DNA from: Bernardetia sp. MNP-M8
GTDB lineage: Bacteria; Bacteroidota; Bacteroidia; Cytophagales; Bernardetiaceae
Direction of reading: 5' to 3'
NCBI RefSeq assembly: GCF_037126285.1
Contig: NZ_CP147012.1
Location: forward strand, 3,116,676-3,180,675
Length of the DNA stretch: 64,000 nucleotides
Positions 47,120-57,479 of the stretch are shown here, in pieces. Position numbers and translations under genes: made by a program. The notes beneath the pieces were generated by a model that had not been told where the DNA came from, made no database searches, and worked only from the letters and a program-made list of their open reading frames with translations. The number at the start of each line of letters is the position of its first letter. Position 1 is the first letter of the stretch.

Positions 47120-48325
47120 TCACTTTTTAAATAAAATCAAAGTAATTTTCTCAGGTTTTCCACTCTCTCCATTTTCTTGTTTGTAGTAATAGTCTTCAAT
47201 GAAATCTTCAAAATCTACGATGAAATAAAATAGAAAATCACGTACTTGATAAAAATCAATATTTCCGTAAGTATGCTTCAAAAGTTCAGTCATTCTGTAG
47301 GAAACCTTTACTTTTTCTAAAAGAGAATTGATTTTTCGTACTCCTTGTGCTGCTTTGCTTGTTGCTTTTTCATCGATTAGAGAAAATGATTGGTTCAAAA
47401 TAAGAGCTTTATTTTTCTCTAATTTCATAAACTGACTTACAAAAGAAGAATAAGCCTTTTCTATAGGAAATTCAAATTCAAAATTGGTTTCAATATCGTT
47501 GCTTTCATATTTTTTTAATGCAGGGCGTTCTTTCTTATTATAGATTTTTCCTATTTCTATTCCGTTTGTTTTTTTATGAATGGTAAGTTCTGGTTTGTCG
47601 TATTTATTATGATAATGGTCAATTACAATTTTCTCCCACCCTTTTGGCTGTGCTAATGGATTGTTTGCTGCTGGATGCCATTGATGAAAAACAGGCGATT
47701 TTTCGGCATTAAGCCATTTCATTTCTAATTTTTCTTTATAATCATAATTCAATAAACGTCTATTCAAATCTTTGTCTTCTATTCCCCAAAGCCTGTAATA
47801 TTCGTCAAAAGCTCCTATTTCTTTTAGTTTATTGGTTGGAATAATTACAATTCCCATCGCAGATTCTTTACTGCTTTTTTCAAACTGACCTAGATTCTCA
47901 ATCTTCAAACTATGATTTTCTAAATATTTATCATATTCAAACCCTTCATTCAAATAAAAACATTGATAATGTAAAAGTGTATTTTGATTGATATTCTGAT
48001 TTACTTCTTCCAAAAAATTAGGAGAATAAATCATATCTACATCAGCAATGATACAATATTCTCCTTGCGCTAAATAAATTCCGTTGTTAATAGAAGCCGA
48101 ACGAGACCAAAACATTCCTCTTACTTCATTAAAAACATAGTTTATTTTATCCAAATCAGTACAAAAACTCTCTAATTCATTAGAAATAACTTTATCACTT
48201 CCATAGTTTATAAAAATTACTTCATAGTCTGTAATTACTTTCTGAGTCTGAAGAGAAAGCAAACAGCGTTTAGCTATTTTTGTGTCTCGGTTGCGATAAG
48301 GAACAATAAAAGAGAATTTTGTCAT
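47120..48325 (-). CDS. family 2 glycosyltransferase with C-terminal extension
   Basis: N-terminal FSFIVPYRNRD and DxD-like context. About 400 aa. Confidence 0.55.
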   Translation of the reverse strand: MTKFSFIVPYRNRDTKIAKRCLLSLQTQKVITDYEVIFINYGSDKVISNELESFCTDLDKINYVFNEVRGMFWSRSASINNGIYLAQGEYCIIADVDMIYSPNFLEEVNQNINQNTLLHYQCFYLNEGFEYDKYLENHSLKIENLGQFEKSSKESAMGIVIIPTNKLKEIGAFDEYYRLWGIEDKDLNRRLLNYDYKEKLEMKWLNAEKSPVFHQWHPAANNPLAQPKGWEKIVIDHYHNKYDKPELTIHKKTNGIEIGKIYNKKERPALKKYESNDIETNFEFEFPIEKAYSSFVSQFMKLEKNKALILNQSFSLIDEKATSKAAQGVRKINSLLEKVKVSYRMTELLKHTYGNIDFYQVRDFLFYFIVDFEDFIEDYYYKQENGESGKPEKITLILFKK

Positions 48326-48608
48326 CTGATAGAATAGATAAATAATTTAATCGAAAGATTTAATAAAAAAGTAAATCAATTAAAACGAAAGTAATAGTTT
48401 TTTGTTCTCTATGCTAGTTATAGATTGAAATTAGTCTAAAACTAAAACAGAATTATCAAAAATACTTATAAAATTTAGTTTTCTGTAAAAGGATGACCTA
48501 ATTTTGCTTATAGAATTACGACCTGCCAAAGCAGTGAAGCTAATTACGAATTTTTCTCATTAAAAAAACTCTCATTTACAATAGTTATCAAAGAAACGCA
48601 GTTTCGAA

Positions 48609-48650
48609 CTGATAACTGATAACTGATAACTGATAACTGATAACTGATAA
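48609..48650 (+). repeat. perfect 7-bp tandem repeat (CTGATAA)x6 abutting the start codon of the TamB-like gene
   Basis: Read directly from the sequence. Degenerate copies of the same heptamer lie at 43381..43408 and 58881..58908, each directly 5' of a start codon. Confidence 0.85.
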
Positions 48651-48659
48651 CTGAAAAAA

Positions 48660-51600
48660 TTGCAAAAGCTAAAAAAAATATATCATAATCTTGCTGTTTA
48701 CCTCCGATGGTTTATGATTCGGGTGGGCAGAACCATACGCTTTTCATTGAAGCTAATGGTAGGTATTTTGCTTTTTTTGCTTTTTCTGACACTTATAGGA
48801 CAATATTCGGGTACACAAACTTGGGCTGCCAAAATTGGAGCTACTTATTTGAGTGAGCGTTTGGGTTTTCCAATTACTATTGAAAGACTATATTTTTCTG
48901 ATATTGATAAAGTTACCCTGATAGGACTTAGAGTAATTGACCATACTGACCGTCTTTTTATAGATTCAGACACGTTGAATGCAGATTTGGGTTGGCGAGC
49001 TATTTTTGGAGGAGAAGTCATTCAGATTGATAATGTAGAGTTGCGTGGGACACAGTTTAATATGACTATGAATCCTGCCACAGAATCTTGGAATATAAAT
49101 GAGCTTGTACGAGCTATTTCTGCACTTTCTTCTACTAGTGATACTACTCAAAAGACAAAGGATATTCCCTTTAAAATTAGTAAAGCTAGTTTGCATAATG
49201 TACAGTTTTCGCTTCACAATCCTACTAGAGATTCATTAGAAACAGGACTTTTTGATTATAATCACTTTACAATTAGTAATATTTATGGAGAGTTAGATTA
49301 TTTTAGACTCTTTAAAGATACTGTCGAACTCAATGTTAGGAAAGGAAGCCTGATTGAGCCTTTTGTTGATTTTCCTGTCAGTAATTTGGATGTGTTTTTT
49401 CGTTATACCAACAATTCATTAGAATTTCTGAATCTTGATGCACAAATTGGAAATAGTCATTTGAAAGATACTCTTATTTTCAGGTATGATAGTACAGCTT
49501 ATCTTTCAGAAAATTTTATAGAAAAAGTAGATATTTATGCAAATCTCAAGAATGCTCAACTAGATTTTGCTGATTTGGCTCGTTTTGCCCCTTCTTTAAA
49601 AAAATATAAAGAAAGAGTAGTGGCTACTGGCTTAGTTCGTGGAACAGTTGATGATTTGCGTTCGAAAGATTTACGGATTGATTTTGCCAATCAAAGTTTT
49701 GTCGATGGAAAGTTTGCTATTCGTGGTTTGCCTGATTATGAAAGTTCCTTTCTTGATTTACGATTTAAAGATGCTCGTCTGACAATTTCTGACATCAAAC
49801 AATATCTATCTCCTTCTGATTATCAAACCATTTTGCCGTTAGGAATGGTAAATTTTTCAGGGGAATTTTTGGGCTTTCCTTCCGATTTTGTAGCGAATGG
49901 AAAATTCAAAACATCCATAGGAAATGCTGTAACTGATATTCACTTAAATACAACAAACAAAACTTATGAAGGAAAATTAAATTTAGTTCGTTTTCAAGCT
50001 GGAAAGATGGCAAAAAGTGATTTTTTAGGACAAATAACAGCAAAAGGACAAATAAATGGAAAAGGCTTTACAAAAGAAGAAGCTGATTTGGAAGTAAAAG
50101 CTGCTGTTGATAGTATTACATTAAAAAACAAGTTTAAATACTATTCCTATAAAAATATTATAGTAGATGGGCGTTTGAAATATCCATCTTTTACGGGAGA
50201 AATGACAATTAATGATGCCAACCTAGTCGCTGATATGCGTGGCAAAATTGACTTACAAGACAGTGTCATTAATGGAAGAATTCGTATCATAAAATCAGAT
50301 TTACAAAATTTAGGTGTGTCAAAAAAAATTGCTAATCTACAGGGAAATGGTAATTTTAATCTAAAAGGTCTTACTCTAAATTCTATTACAGGAACTGCCG
50401 AAATTCGTCAAGCTCAAATTGATTACAATAAAAATAAATTGGCTTTAAGTGTCATTTCATTAAATTCTACACTACAAAATGGTTTTCGTGATATTCATTT
50501 AGAATCTGATTATGTTGATTTGGATATAAAAGGAGAGTTTCAATTACAAGATGCTATCGATGATGCAATAAGCACTTTTGAAGAATATCAATTAGAGTTT
50601 TTAAACGATTCGGCTTCACAGGTGGCTTATTATGATAAAAAGAAAGAAAAAGTAGAGAAAAATCCTGCTGAAAAAATACCTTATAAAATTGATTATTCTA
50701 TTGATGTCAAAAAAATAAATCCTCTTGTACAGCTTTTCGAACCTAAATTTTATATTGCTTCTGACTCAAAATTTGATGGGATATTTGAGCGAGATATAGA
50801 AAAAAATCAAGTTAAATTTACACTAGATTCTTATATAGACTCACTCTCCTATCAAGATTTGGCATTATATAGAACCGATTTGAAAATTAATGCCATCAAA
50901 CCGTTAGATTCGATGGGAGTTGATGTTCAGACCAATATTTCCTCAGAAAGACAGTATTATACAAGCGCTCTTTCTGCTGAAAATCTGCGTATTGATGCAC
51001 AATGGTTTGGAAGAGAAATTTTATTTGATACCTACATAAAGAGACAAGAACATAATGATAATGTTTCATTAAAAGGCTCTTTAAATATTACAGATTCACT
51101 TTATGCGCTCAATCTTATCAATCCAGAATTTTTAGTGTTAGATAAAAAGTGGAAAAGTGATTCTTCTGTTAGAATAGGAATACGTAAAGATGAAATTCGT
51201 TTTGAAAATCAATTTATTTTACAAAGTGATAGCCAGCGAATAGAAATAATGGGTAGAGTCTCAAAAGACCCAAATTCTGTTTTGAATGTAGGTTTGGTAA
51301 ATGTAGATTTAGAACCCTTTGGGATATTTCTTGGACAAGACTTGGCAGGACGAGCAAGTGGAGAAGCATTTGTCAGTGGGGTTTATGATACACTAAAATT
51401 AGAAAATAACCTTAATCTTCAAAATTTAGTAATGGCATCCATTCCGATTGGAAACCTACATACAGAATCAGTTTGGAATAATGAAGAACAAAAATTAAAT
51501 ATTGAGGCTTATTTGGCATATGGACGTAGAGAAGTTGTCGATATTTCGGGATATTATTCACCAAAAGACAAAGAAAATCCATTGAATTTGGATGCAAAAA

Positions 51601-53264
51601 TTATTGGAATGAAACTCAATATTGTAGAACCATTCTTAAATGTGGTAGCTGATGGTTTTAAAGGAGATGTTTATGGAGCTGTCAAGATAAAAGGAAAACC
51701 CAATCAGATAAAATTGATAGGAGAGGCTTTTGTAAGTGGAGGAAGTTTTAGAGTAGATTATCTCAACACAATTTATCATTTTGATGATAAAATTACTTTT
51801 ACAGAAAATCAAATTGGTGTGGATAGGTTGCGTTTGTATGATGATGCTGATAATATTGCGTTTTTGGATGGTGGTATTTTTCATGATGGTTTTAAGGATT
51901 TTGTAATGCAATTGCGTGGAGAAATGAAAAAAATGAAGGTTTTAGATACAAAACCACATCATAACGATCTTTTTTATGGAACTGCCTTTGCAACTGGAGA
52001 TTTTGAGCTTTTTGGTGCTTTAGAGCAGTTAGGAATTACAATTAATGCAAAGAGTGAAGCAGGAACTCGTATTTATATGCCATTATCAAATCCTGAAGAT
52101 GTTGCGACACAATCCTTTATTCGTTTTGTCAATCATACTGACTCTACCAAGTTAGATTCTCTTCAAAGTCGTTTGAAAAAAGAAGATTTGTCTAGCTTAA
52201 AAATGGAATTTAACTTAGATATTACACCTGATGCTTATATAGAGCTTATTTTTGATAAAAAAGTAGGTGATGTAATCCGTGGAAACGGAAAAGGAAGGCT
52301 CAAAATGATTATTGATACAAAAGGTGATTTTAATATGTATGGCGATGTAGAAATTGTAAAAGGAGCATATAATTTTACTTTTATGAATGTCATCAATAAA
52401 GAGTTTAATGTCGATAGAGGAAGTCATATTACTTGGAGTGGTGATCCATTTGCAGCACAAGTAGATTTGACAGCAACTTATCAACAAATGGCTTCTCTTG
52501 CACCTCTTATTACTGTTTCGGATAGTAGTGTCTTGGCCAGTCAGGAGATAAAAAGACGTTATCCTGTTGTAGTAGATTTGTTTTTGAAAGGTGATTTGCT
52601 CACACCTGATATTCGTTTTGATATAAATATAACTCAATATCCTGCTTTGATATTGGCAGGAGGAACACCCATTTCCTTAGAATCTTATGTAGCAGCTTTC
52701 AAAACTCGTATCCAAAACGACGACCAAGAGATGAACAAACAGGTTTTTAGTTTGATTTTGCTACGGCGTTTATCGACACAAAATGCCTTTGAGGGAATCA
52801 ATCGTTCAGCAGGAAGTAGTGTAAGTGAGCTTTTATCGAATCAGCTCAGTAATCTCATTTCTCAAGTAGATGAAAACCTAGAAATAGATTTGAATGTACA
52901 AGGATTAGATGCACAAGCATTAAATACATTACAGCTTCGTTTGTCGTATTCTTTTTTTGAGGGTAGGATACGTGTAACTCGGGAAGGTGCGTTTACAAAT
53001 GTTCAGAATCAAGCTAATTTAGCCAGTATTGCAGGTGATTGGACAGTCGAATATTTGATTTTGCCAGATGGAAAATTGCGTATGAAAGTGTATCATAAAA
53101 ATAATGTAAATACGTTTAATACAGCACTTCAAAACAACTCTACAGCAGGCGCAAGTCTTCTGAAAATCTTTACTTTTGATAATTTTAAAGACCTTTTCAA
53201 AATCAAAAAGAAGAAAAAAGATGTTCCTTTTGTGCAGGATAATGAAATTCGGATTGAGGAATGA
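48660..53264 (+). CDS. TamB-like translocation and assembly module protein (AsmA/DUF490-like)
   Basis: 1534 aa with an N-terminal TM anchor and long beta-rich repeats. The C-terminal segment resembles DUF490. TTG start; an ATG start at 48708 is possible instead. Confidence 0.55.
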   Translation: MQKLKKIYHNLAVYLRWFMIRVGRTIRFSLKLMVGILLFLLFLTLIGQYSGTQTWAAKIGATYLSERLGFPITIERLYFSDIDKVTLIGLRVIDHTDRLFIDSDTLNADLGWRAIFGGEVIQIDNVELRGTQFNMTMNPATESWNINELVRAISALSSTSDTTQKTKDIPFKISKASLHNVQFSLHNPTRDSLETGLFDYNHFTISNIYGELDYFRLFKDTVELNVRKGSLIEPFVDFPVSNLDVFFRYTNNSLEFLNLDAQIGNSHLKDTLIFRYDSTAYLSENFIEKVDIYANLKNAQLDFADLARFAPSLKKYKERVVATGLVRGTVDDLRSKDLRIDFANQSFVDGKFAIRGLPDYESSFLDLRFKDARLTISDIKQYLSPSDYQTILPLGMVNFSGEFLGFPSDFVANGKFKTSIGNAVTDIHLNTTNKTYEGKLNLVRFQAGKMAKSDFLGQITAKGQINGKGFTKEEADLEVKAAVDSITLKNKFKYYSYKNIIVDGRLKYPSFTGEMTINDANLVADMRGKIDLQDSVINGRIRIIKSDLQNLGVSKKIANLQGNGNFNLKGLTLNSITGTAEIRQAQIDYNKNKLALSVISLNSTLQNGFRDIHLESDYVDLDIKGEFQLQDAIDDAISTFEEYQLEFLNDSASQVAYYDKKKEKVEKNPAEKIPYKIDYSIDVKKINPLVQLFEPKFYIASDSKFDGIFERDIEKNQVKFTLDSYIDSLSYQDLALYRTDLKINAIKPLDSMGVDVQTNISSERQYYTSALSAENLRIDAQWFGREILFDTYIKRQEHNDNVSLKGSLNITDSLYALNLINPEFLVLDKKWKSDSSVRIGIRKDEIRFENQFILQSDSQRIEIMGRVSKDPNSVLNVGLVNVDLEPFGIFLGQDLAGRASGEAFVSGVYDTLKLENNLNLQNLVMASIPIGNLHTESVWNNEEQKLNIEAYLAYGRREVVDISGYYSPKDKENPLNLDAKIIGMKLNIVEPFLNVVADGFKGDVYGAVKIKGKPNQIKLIGEAFVSGGSFRVDYLNTIYHFDDKITFTENQIGVDRLRLYDDADNIAFLDGGIFHDGFKDFVMQLRGEMKKMKVLDTKPHHNDLFYGTAFATGDFELFGALEQLGITINAKSEAGTRIYMPLSNPEDVATQSFIRFVNHTDSTKLDSLQSRLKKEDLSSLKMEFNLDITPDAYIELIFDKKVGDVIRGNGKGRLKMIIDTKGDFNMYGDVEIVKGAYNFTFMNVINKEFNVDRGSHITWSGDPFAAQVDLTATYQQMASLAPLITVSDSSVLASQEIKRRYPVVVDLFLKGDLLTPDIRFDINITQYPALILAGGTPISLESYVAAFKTRIQNDDQEMNKQVFSLILLRRLSTQNAFEGINRSAGSSVSELLSNQLSNLISQVDENLEIDLNVQGLDAQALNTLQLRLSYSFFEGRIRVTREGAFTNVQNQANLASIAGDWTVEYLILPDGKLRMKVYHKNNVNTFNTALQNNSTAGASLLKIFTFDNFKDLFKIKKKKKDVPFVQDNEIRIEE

Positions 53265-53278
53265 TTTTTTAATAAAAA

Positions 53279-53779
53279 ATGAAAATATATAAACTACTAT
53301 TTTTTTTAGTCTTGAACATATTTGCTGCTTCTTTTAGCTTAGTATCTGCACAAGGAGGCTGGGATATTGGGTATTTCCCCATACAACATTTGGATTCTAT
53401 GTATGAAGCCTTTAAGGGCAAGGAAATCAAATTAGATTTTAGAGAGGATTTAGGAGATACAGTAAAAATAACAGGTACTCTTATAGATAATATGCTACCT
53501 CTTTCTCGTAAGGATACTGTTGCAATAAGAATATTTGATAGTTTAGATGTATTTGTTGAACACTGGGAAACTTATGTTGATCAAGGTTATTTTAAAAAGC
53601 AATATCTTAAAGGAATAAATGAAAATTCATTTATAGAAATAAGAAATATTATTTTGAAAGCAATAGATGAGAATTATCTGTATCTTACTGTAGAAATAAC
53701 TGGAGTAGGATTTCAGCCCAATAAAGATATTATACTAGACAGAAAGTTAGTCAAAGGAATATTATATGAAATAGAATAA
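53279..53779 (+). CDS. secreted hypothetical protein
   Basis: Signal peptide. 166 aa. Downstream of the tamB-like gene. Confidence 0.35.
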   Translation: MKIYKLLFFLVLNIFAASFSLVSAQGGWDIGYFPIQHLDSMYEAFKGKEIKLDFREDLGDTVKITGTLIDNMLPLSRKDTVAIRIFDSLDVFVEHWETYVDQGYFKKQYLKGINENSFIEIRNIILKAIDENYLYLTVEITGVGFQPNKDIILDRKLVKGILYEIE

Positions 53780-53820
53780 ACCAAACGATTCACTTTGAGT
53801 AAACCGTTTGGTATATAAAC

Positions 53821-54732
53821 CTAACTCATCGGAACTTCCATCAATAATACTTCTGCATCTTGTGAGGCTTCAAGTTCAAAATTTTTGGTGTCCCAAATTC
53901 CAAAACCATCTTTTGTGTCTAACTCTTGTGTTTCATTGTTATTTTTCAAGATAACTTTACCTTTCAAGACAAAAATATAAACACCATTTTTTGCAGCATC
54001 TTTCAAATCATAATCTACTTTTGTTCCTGTTTCAAGACTTCCTAAATGAAACCACGCATTTTGATGAATCCAAACACCTGCATCATCAGCATTAGGCGAC
54101 AAAATCTGTTGTAATTTGTTTTTTCTATCTGCTGGATTTAGCTTAATTTGGTCGTAACGGGGTTTTACGTTTCGTTTATTTGGAATGACCCAAATTTGAA
54201 GAAATTTAGTCGTCTCTTGTGTGTCATTCACTTCGCTATGTTGCACACCAGTTCCTGCACTCATTACCTGTATCTCGTTTTTCCCTATGAATGAAGTATT
54301 ACCCATACTATCTTTATGACGTAAGCCATTTTCTATAGGAATACTGATAATTTCCATATTGTCGTGAGGATGCGTTCCAAAACCACTTCCACCTGCAATA
54401 ATATCATCGTTCATGACACGCAAAACACCAAAATTCATACGTTCTGGATTGTAATATGATGCAAAACTAAAACTATGTGCGCTTTTAAGCCAACCATGGT
54501 CAGCCATTCCTCTTGTATTTGCTTTGTGAAAAACTGTATTTGCCATAATAGATTGTGTTGAAGAGTTTGGTAAATGATTAAATCCTAAAAAAGTGTCAGA
54601 GTCTGTAACAGAATTTACTGTTTTTTTCTGAGTTTGTTTGCCAAAAACATTTCCCAAAACAGGTGTAGAAATTAAGAAACCTGTTCCAAGTGTTGTCTTT
54701 AAAGCTCGCTTTAAAAAATCTTTTCTGTTCAT
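53821..54732 (-). CDS. pirin-family protein with Tat-like signal
   Basis: Cupin His motif HPHDNMEIISI…E…RHKDSMGN. N-terminal RKDFLKRAL twin-Arg-like leader. Confidence 0.7.
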   Translation of the reverse strand: MNRKDFLKRALKTTLGTGFLISTPVLGNVFGKQTQKKTVNSVTDSDTFLGFNHLPNSSTQSIMANTVFHKANTRGMADHGWLKSAHSFSFASYYNPERMNFGVLRVMNDDIIAGGSGFGTHPHDNMEIISIPIENGLRHKDSMGNTSFIGKNEIQVMSAGTGVQHSEVNDTQETTKFLQIWVIPNKRNVKPRYDQIKLNPADRKNKLQQILSPNADDAGVWIHQNAWFHLGSLETGTKVDYDLKDAAKNGVYIFVLKGKVILKNNNETQELDTKDGFGIWDTKNFELEASQDAEVLLMEVPMS

Positions 54733-54918
54733 TACTGTATAAATTGCTAAAAATCAGTTTCAAATTTTTAATTGTATATACAATTATTGTACCTACATCT
54801 ATTTATATGTAAAAAATCATTCTAATACTTGAGATATAAATTCAACTTGATAAAATAGTACCTTCTTTTTAGTTTTTAAAATGCTTTTTTGTCAGTAACA
54901 AGAATTTTTTCGAATAAA

Positions 54919-55497
54919 TTAATCAGTCAGATTGGCAATACATTTTTCTCTTAACTGCCAAAGGGTGTCAAAATTAATTGCAAAATCAGATTTTTTATTT
55001 TGGTTTTCAATCCAATTTCTTAGAAAATTTTGATGATAGTTTACTTTAAATTCATTGACTTGATGTGTTTCGATTTCAATCTCTTCCAAAATATCATTTC
55101 TTAATTTCTCAAAGTCAGAATTATTATCCGTAAAATCCTGTTCTATTCCATTTATTTTGAGGTAACAATGTGCTTCTGGAATATAATCTAATCGATAATC
55201 AAATTCATTGTCTAATAAAATATTTCCAATCTTGGGCGTATTGGAGCTATTCATTTTATAAATTCCGATATATAGCTTTACATTTTCTATCTCGTTCAAA
55301 TCAGCTATCTTTTTGAGAAAAGCGTGTTTTGAGCTACATGTTCCTTTTTGTTCTGTCAAAACCAAACTCAAATCGTGGCGATTTTCATTTCTTCCATACG
55401 GTAAATTCTGAATATATTTTGTTAATTCATTCCATGTCTTTATTCCTAACTTTTTGATTTGTAGAGTTAAGTTATCTTTTGATTTTAGAAAAATCAT
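54919..55497 (-). CDS. hypothetical protein
   Basis: 192 aa. The last gene of a closely spaced same-strand cluster. Confidence 0.35.
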   Translation of the reverse strand: MIFLKSKDNLTLQIKKLGIKTWNELTKYIQNLPYGRNENRHDLSLVLTEQKGTCSSKHAFLKKIADLNEIENVKLYIGIYKMNSSNTPKIGNILLDNEFDYRLDYIPEAHCYLKINGIEQDFTDNNSDFEKLRNDILEEIEIETHQVNEFKVNYHQNFLRNWIENQNKKSDFAINFDTLWQLREKCIANLTD

Positions 55498-55547
55498 ATT
55501 TATCCAAAATTAAAATAGAGTCTATAAAATTTTTTTTTCAGTAAAAT

Positions 55548-55841
55548 CTAAATCAAAGGAATTAAAAAGAAAGCTAAAACTACTATTACAAATCCAACAG
55601 TATATAAAGTAGAGTGTACTAGGTTAGTTTTATTCAAAGCAGAAAGCACACTTCCAATAACTACCCCAGATAACAAAGAAGTACAGGCAGCCAGAATAAG
55701 CGTAATTAGCCAATTTGGAAATATCTGATGAGGATGAGCTACTGAGTTCATGCTCCAAATTAGTCCAACCACATAGCCTAATAAGGAAGAAATAAGTAGA
55801 GAAATTCCTACTGTTTTTAGAATGAAAATGAAATGTTTCAT
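55548..55841 (-). CDS. small membrane protein (3 TM)
   Basis: 97 aa, hydrophobic throughout. Confidence 0.35.
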   Translation of the reverse strand: MKHFIFILKTVGISLLISSLLGYVVGLIWSMNSVAHPHQIFPNWLITLILAACTSLLSGVVIGSVLSALNKTNLVHSTLYTVGFVIVVLAFFLIPLI

Positions 55842-55854
55842 AAAGTAATTATAT

Positions 55855-56466
55855 TTATATGTGTATTAACTGTTCAATTCCTAAAGTATCTTGTATTTCT
55901 TTTAATAGCTTTCCCATATTAGATTCTACTCTAGGGCAATATACCTTTCCTAGTTTTACTTTTCCATCAATGTAAGCTGCAAATATATGCTCTGTTCCAT
56001 CTAAATAGTAAACCTTCGGACATTCTCTTGCATCTTTTACGGCATTGAAAACTTTGTCCACAAGTAGTTGTGTTTCATCTGATTTTATAGGGCTAGGATT
56101 TGCGTAACTATTTAGATTTATTTTTTCTCCTTCATTATTAACAGCATTATATATAAACCCATCTCTACCTATTTTCAAATATTGACCAGTTTCTCCGTGC
56201 CAAGCAAATTCCATTATTACTACTTCATCTTCTTTAGGTTTTTCAACACCTAATTCTTTTTTCCAAAAGGGACGAATATGCGATTCAAAACTACTTTCTA
56301 TTGGAGTTAAGTATTCGGCAGACTTCATATTATTAACTACAATATCGTAATTGACTTTTACATTCATCATTATTTTATCGTAGTTTTCTCCCTTCCAAGT
56401 ATCTTTTTTTCCACATAGTTTTTCCAATAATTCTAAATTTTGGTCAATATATTCTTCAATAGTCAT
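55855..56466 (-). CDS. hypothetical protein
   Basis: 203 aa. 13-nt gap to the next gene. Confidence 0.35.
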   Translation of the reverse strand: MTIEEYIDQNLELLEKLCGKKDTWKGENYDKIMMNVKVNYDIVVNNMKSAEYLTPIESSFESHIRPFWKKELGVEKPKEDEVVIMEFAWHGETGQYLKIGRDGFIYNAVNNEGEKINLNSYANPSPIKSDETQLLVDKVFNAVKDARECPKVYYLDGTEHIFAAYIDGKVKLGKVYCPRVESNMGKLLKEIQDTLGIEQLIHI

Positions 56467-56494
56467 AAATAATATGTTGTTCTTGAAATTAATA

Positions 56495-57409
56495 TTATAC
56501 CTCTGGATTTATACCAAAAGGATACAAAGTATAATATCCATTCATTTTGGCGAAATATTTCTCTGCAATAAGGTGATTGTTTATAGTTTCGGCTACTATT
56601 GTAAGATAGCAATATAAAGTGTAACGATGAATTGAAGAGGGAGGGTTTTGAGATACACTTCTATCTATTTCATAAAGAATTTCATTTGCTTTTTTATCCA
56701 ACTCACTCATATTATTTCCAAAATAATTAATTTCAGCTTGATAAGCCTCTCCAATTATTTTTAGTAATGTTATTTGTCGACTAAGTTCATGATTTGGGAG
56801 GTTGGCTAATAATTCTCTAACCAACTCTTCATCTCCTCCCCATTTTGGCTGTATTAATTCAGAATAACGCAAGTAAATCCAAATATCATTAGGAGTTCTA
56901 TTTTTAGCTTTTTGGAAATAATCTATTGCTGTATCTAACTCACTTTCTCCCATGTGAAATTGCATCAAACGAGAATAGAGTTCTGTTAATAAAGAAGTGT
57001 TTTCTGAGACTTTATATAAAGTTTCTAAGCCTTTTTGTTGGTAATAAGAAAATGTTTTTCTGCCATCTTGACTGACTTCTCTGTATAAAGCATGAGTACG
57101 AGCTTTCCAGCCTTCATGATTGTAAAATACACCTAACATGAGTATAGGAATATCTCTTGAGTTACTATTTTCTATCCATTCCAATAGAATATTTTCATCT
57201 ACTGTAAGAGTAATAAAATCTATAACCGTCGACAAGTCATCACAATTAAGCCGTTGAATCTGCTCTTCTACCAAGTCATATTTTTCTAAAATAATATTAC
57301 TTCGTATGTGTCTATAAACTTCATTTCCATACGAATAATCTATTGTATTACCGTATAGTTTAGGAGTATTAAGAAATTGATTGGCTAGATTTTTTATGAA
57401 ATCAAACAT
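56495..57409 (-). CDS. hypothetical protein (helical repeat-like)
   Basis: 304 aa. 28-nt gap to the next gene. Confidence 0.35.
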   Translation of the reverse strand: MFDFIKNLANQFLNTPKLYGNTIDYSYGNEVYRHIRSNIILEKYDLVEEQIQRLNCDDLSTVIDFITLTVDENILLEWIENSNSRDIPILMLGVFYNHEGWKARTHALYREVSQDGRKTFSYYQQKGLETLYKVSENTSLLTELYSRLMQFHMGESELDTAIDYFQKAKNRTPNDIWIYLRYSELIQPKWGGDEELVRELLANLPNHELSRQITLLKIIGEAYQAEINYFGNNMSELDKKANEILYEIDRSVSQNPPSSIHRYTLYCYLTIVAETINNHLIAEKYFAKMNGYYTLYPFGINPEV

Positions 57410-57479
57410 AACAAATGAGGTTATTTAATTAATGCAAAAACAGTTGAGTTTTCATCAAATTCAAAAATCTAACTTTATT

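Noticed and set aside
48609-48650. CRISPR array interpretation of the heptamer tandem repeats
   Set aside because: The units are 7 bp with no spacers and there are no cas genes nearby. This is a simple-sequence repeat, not a CRISPR array.
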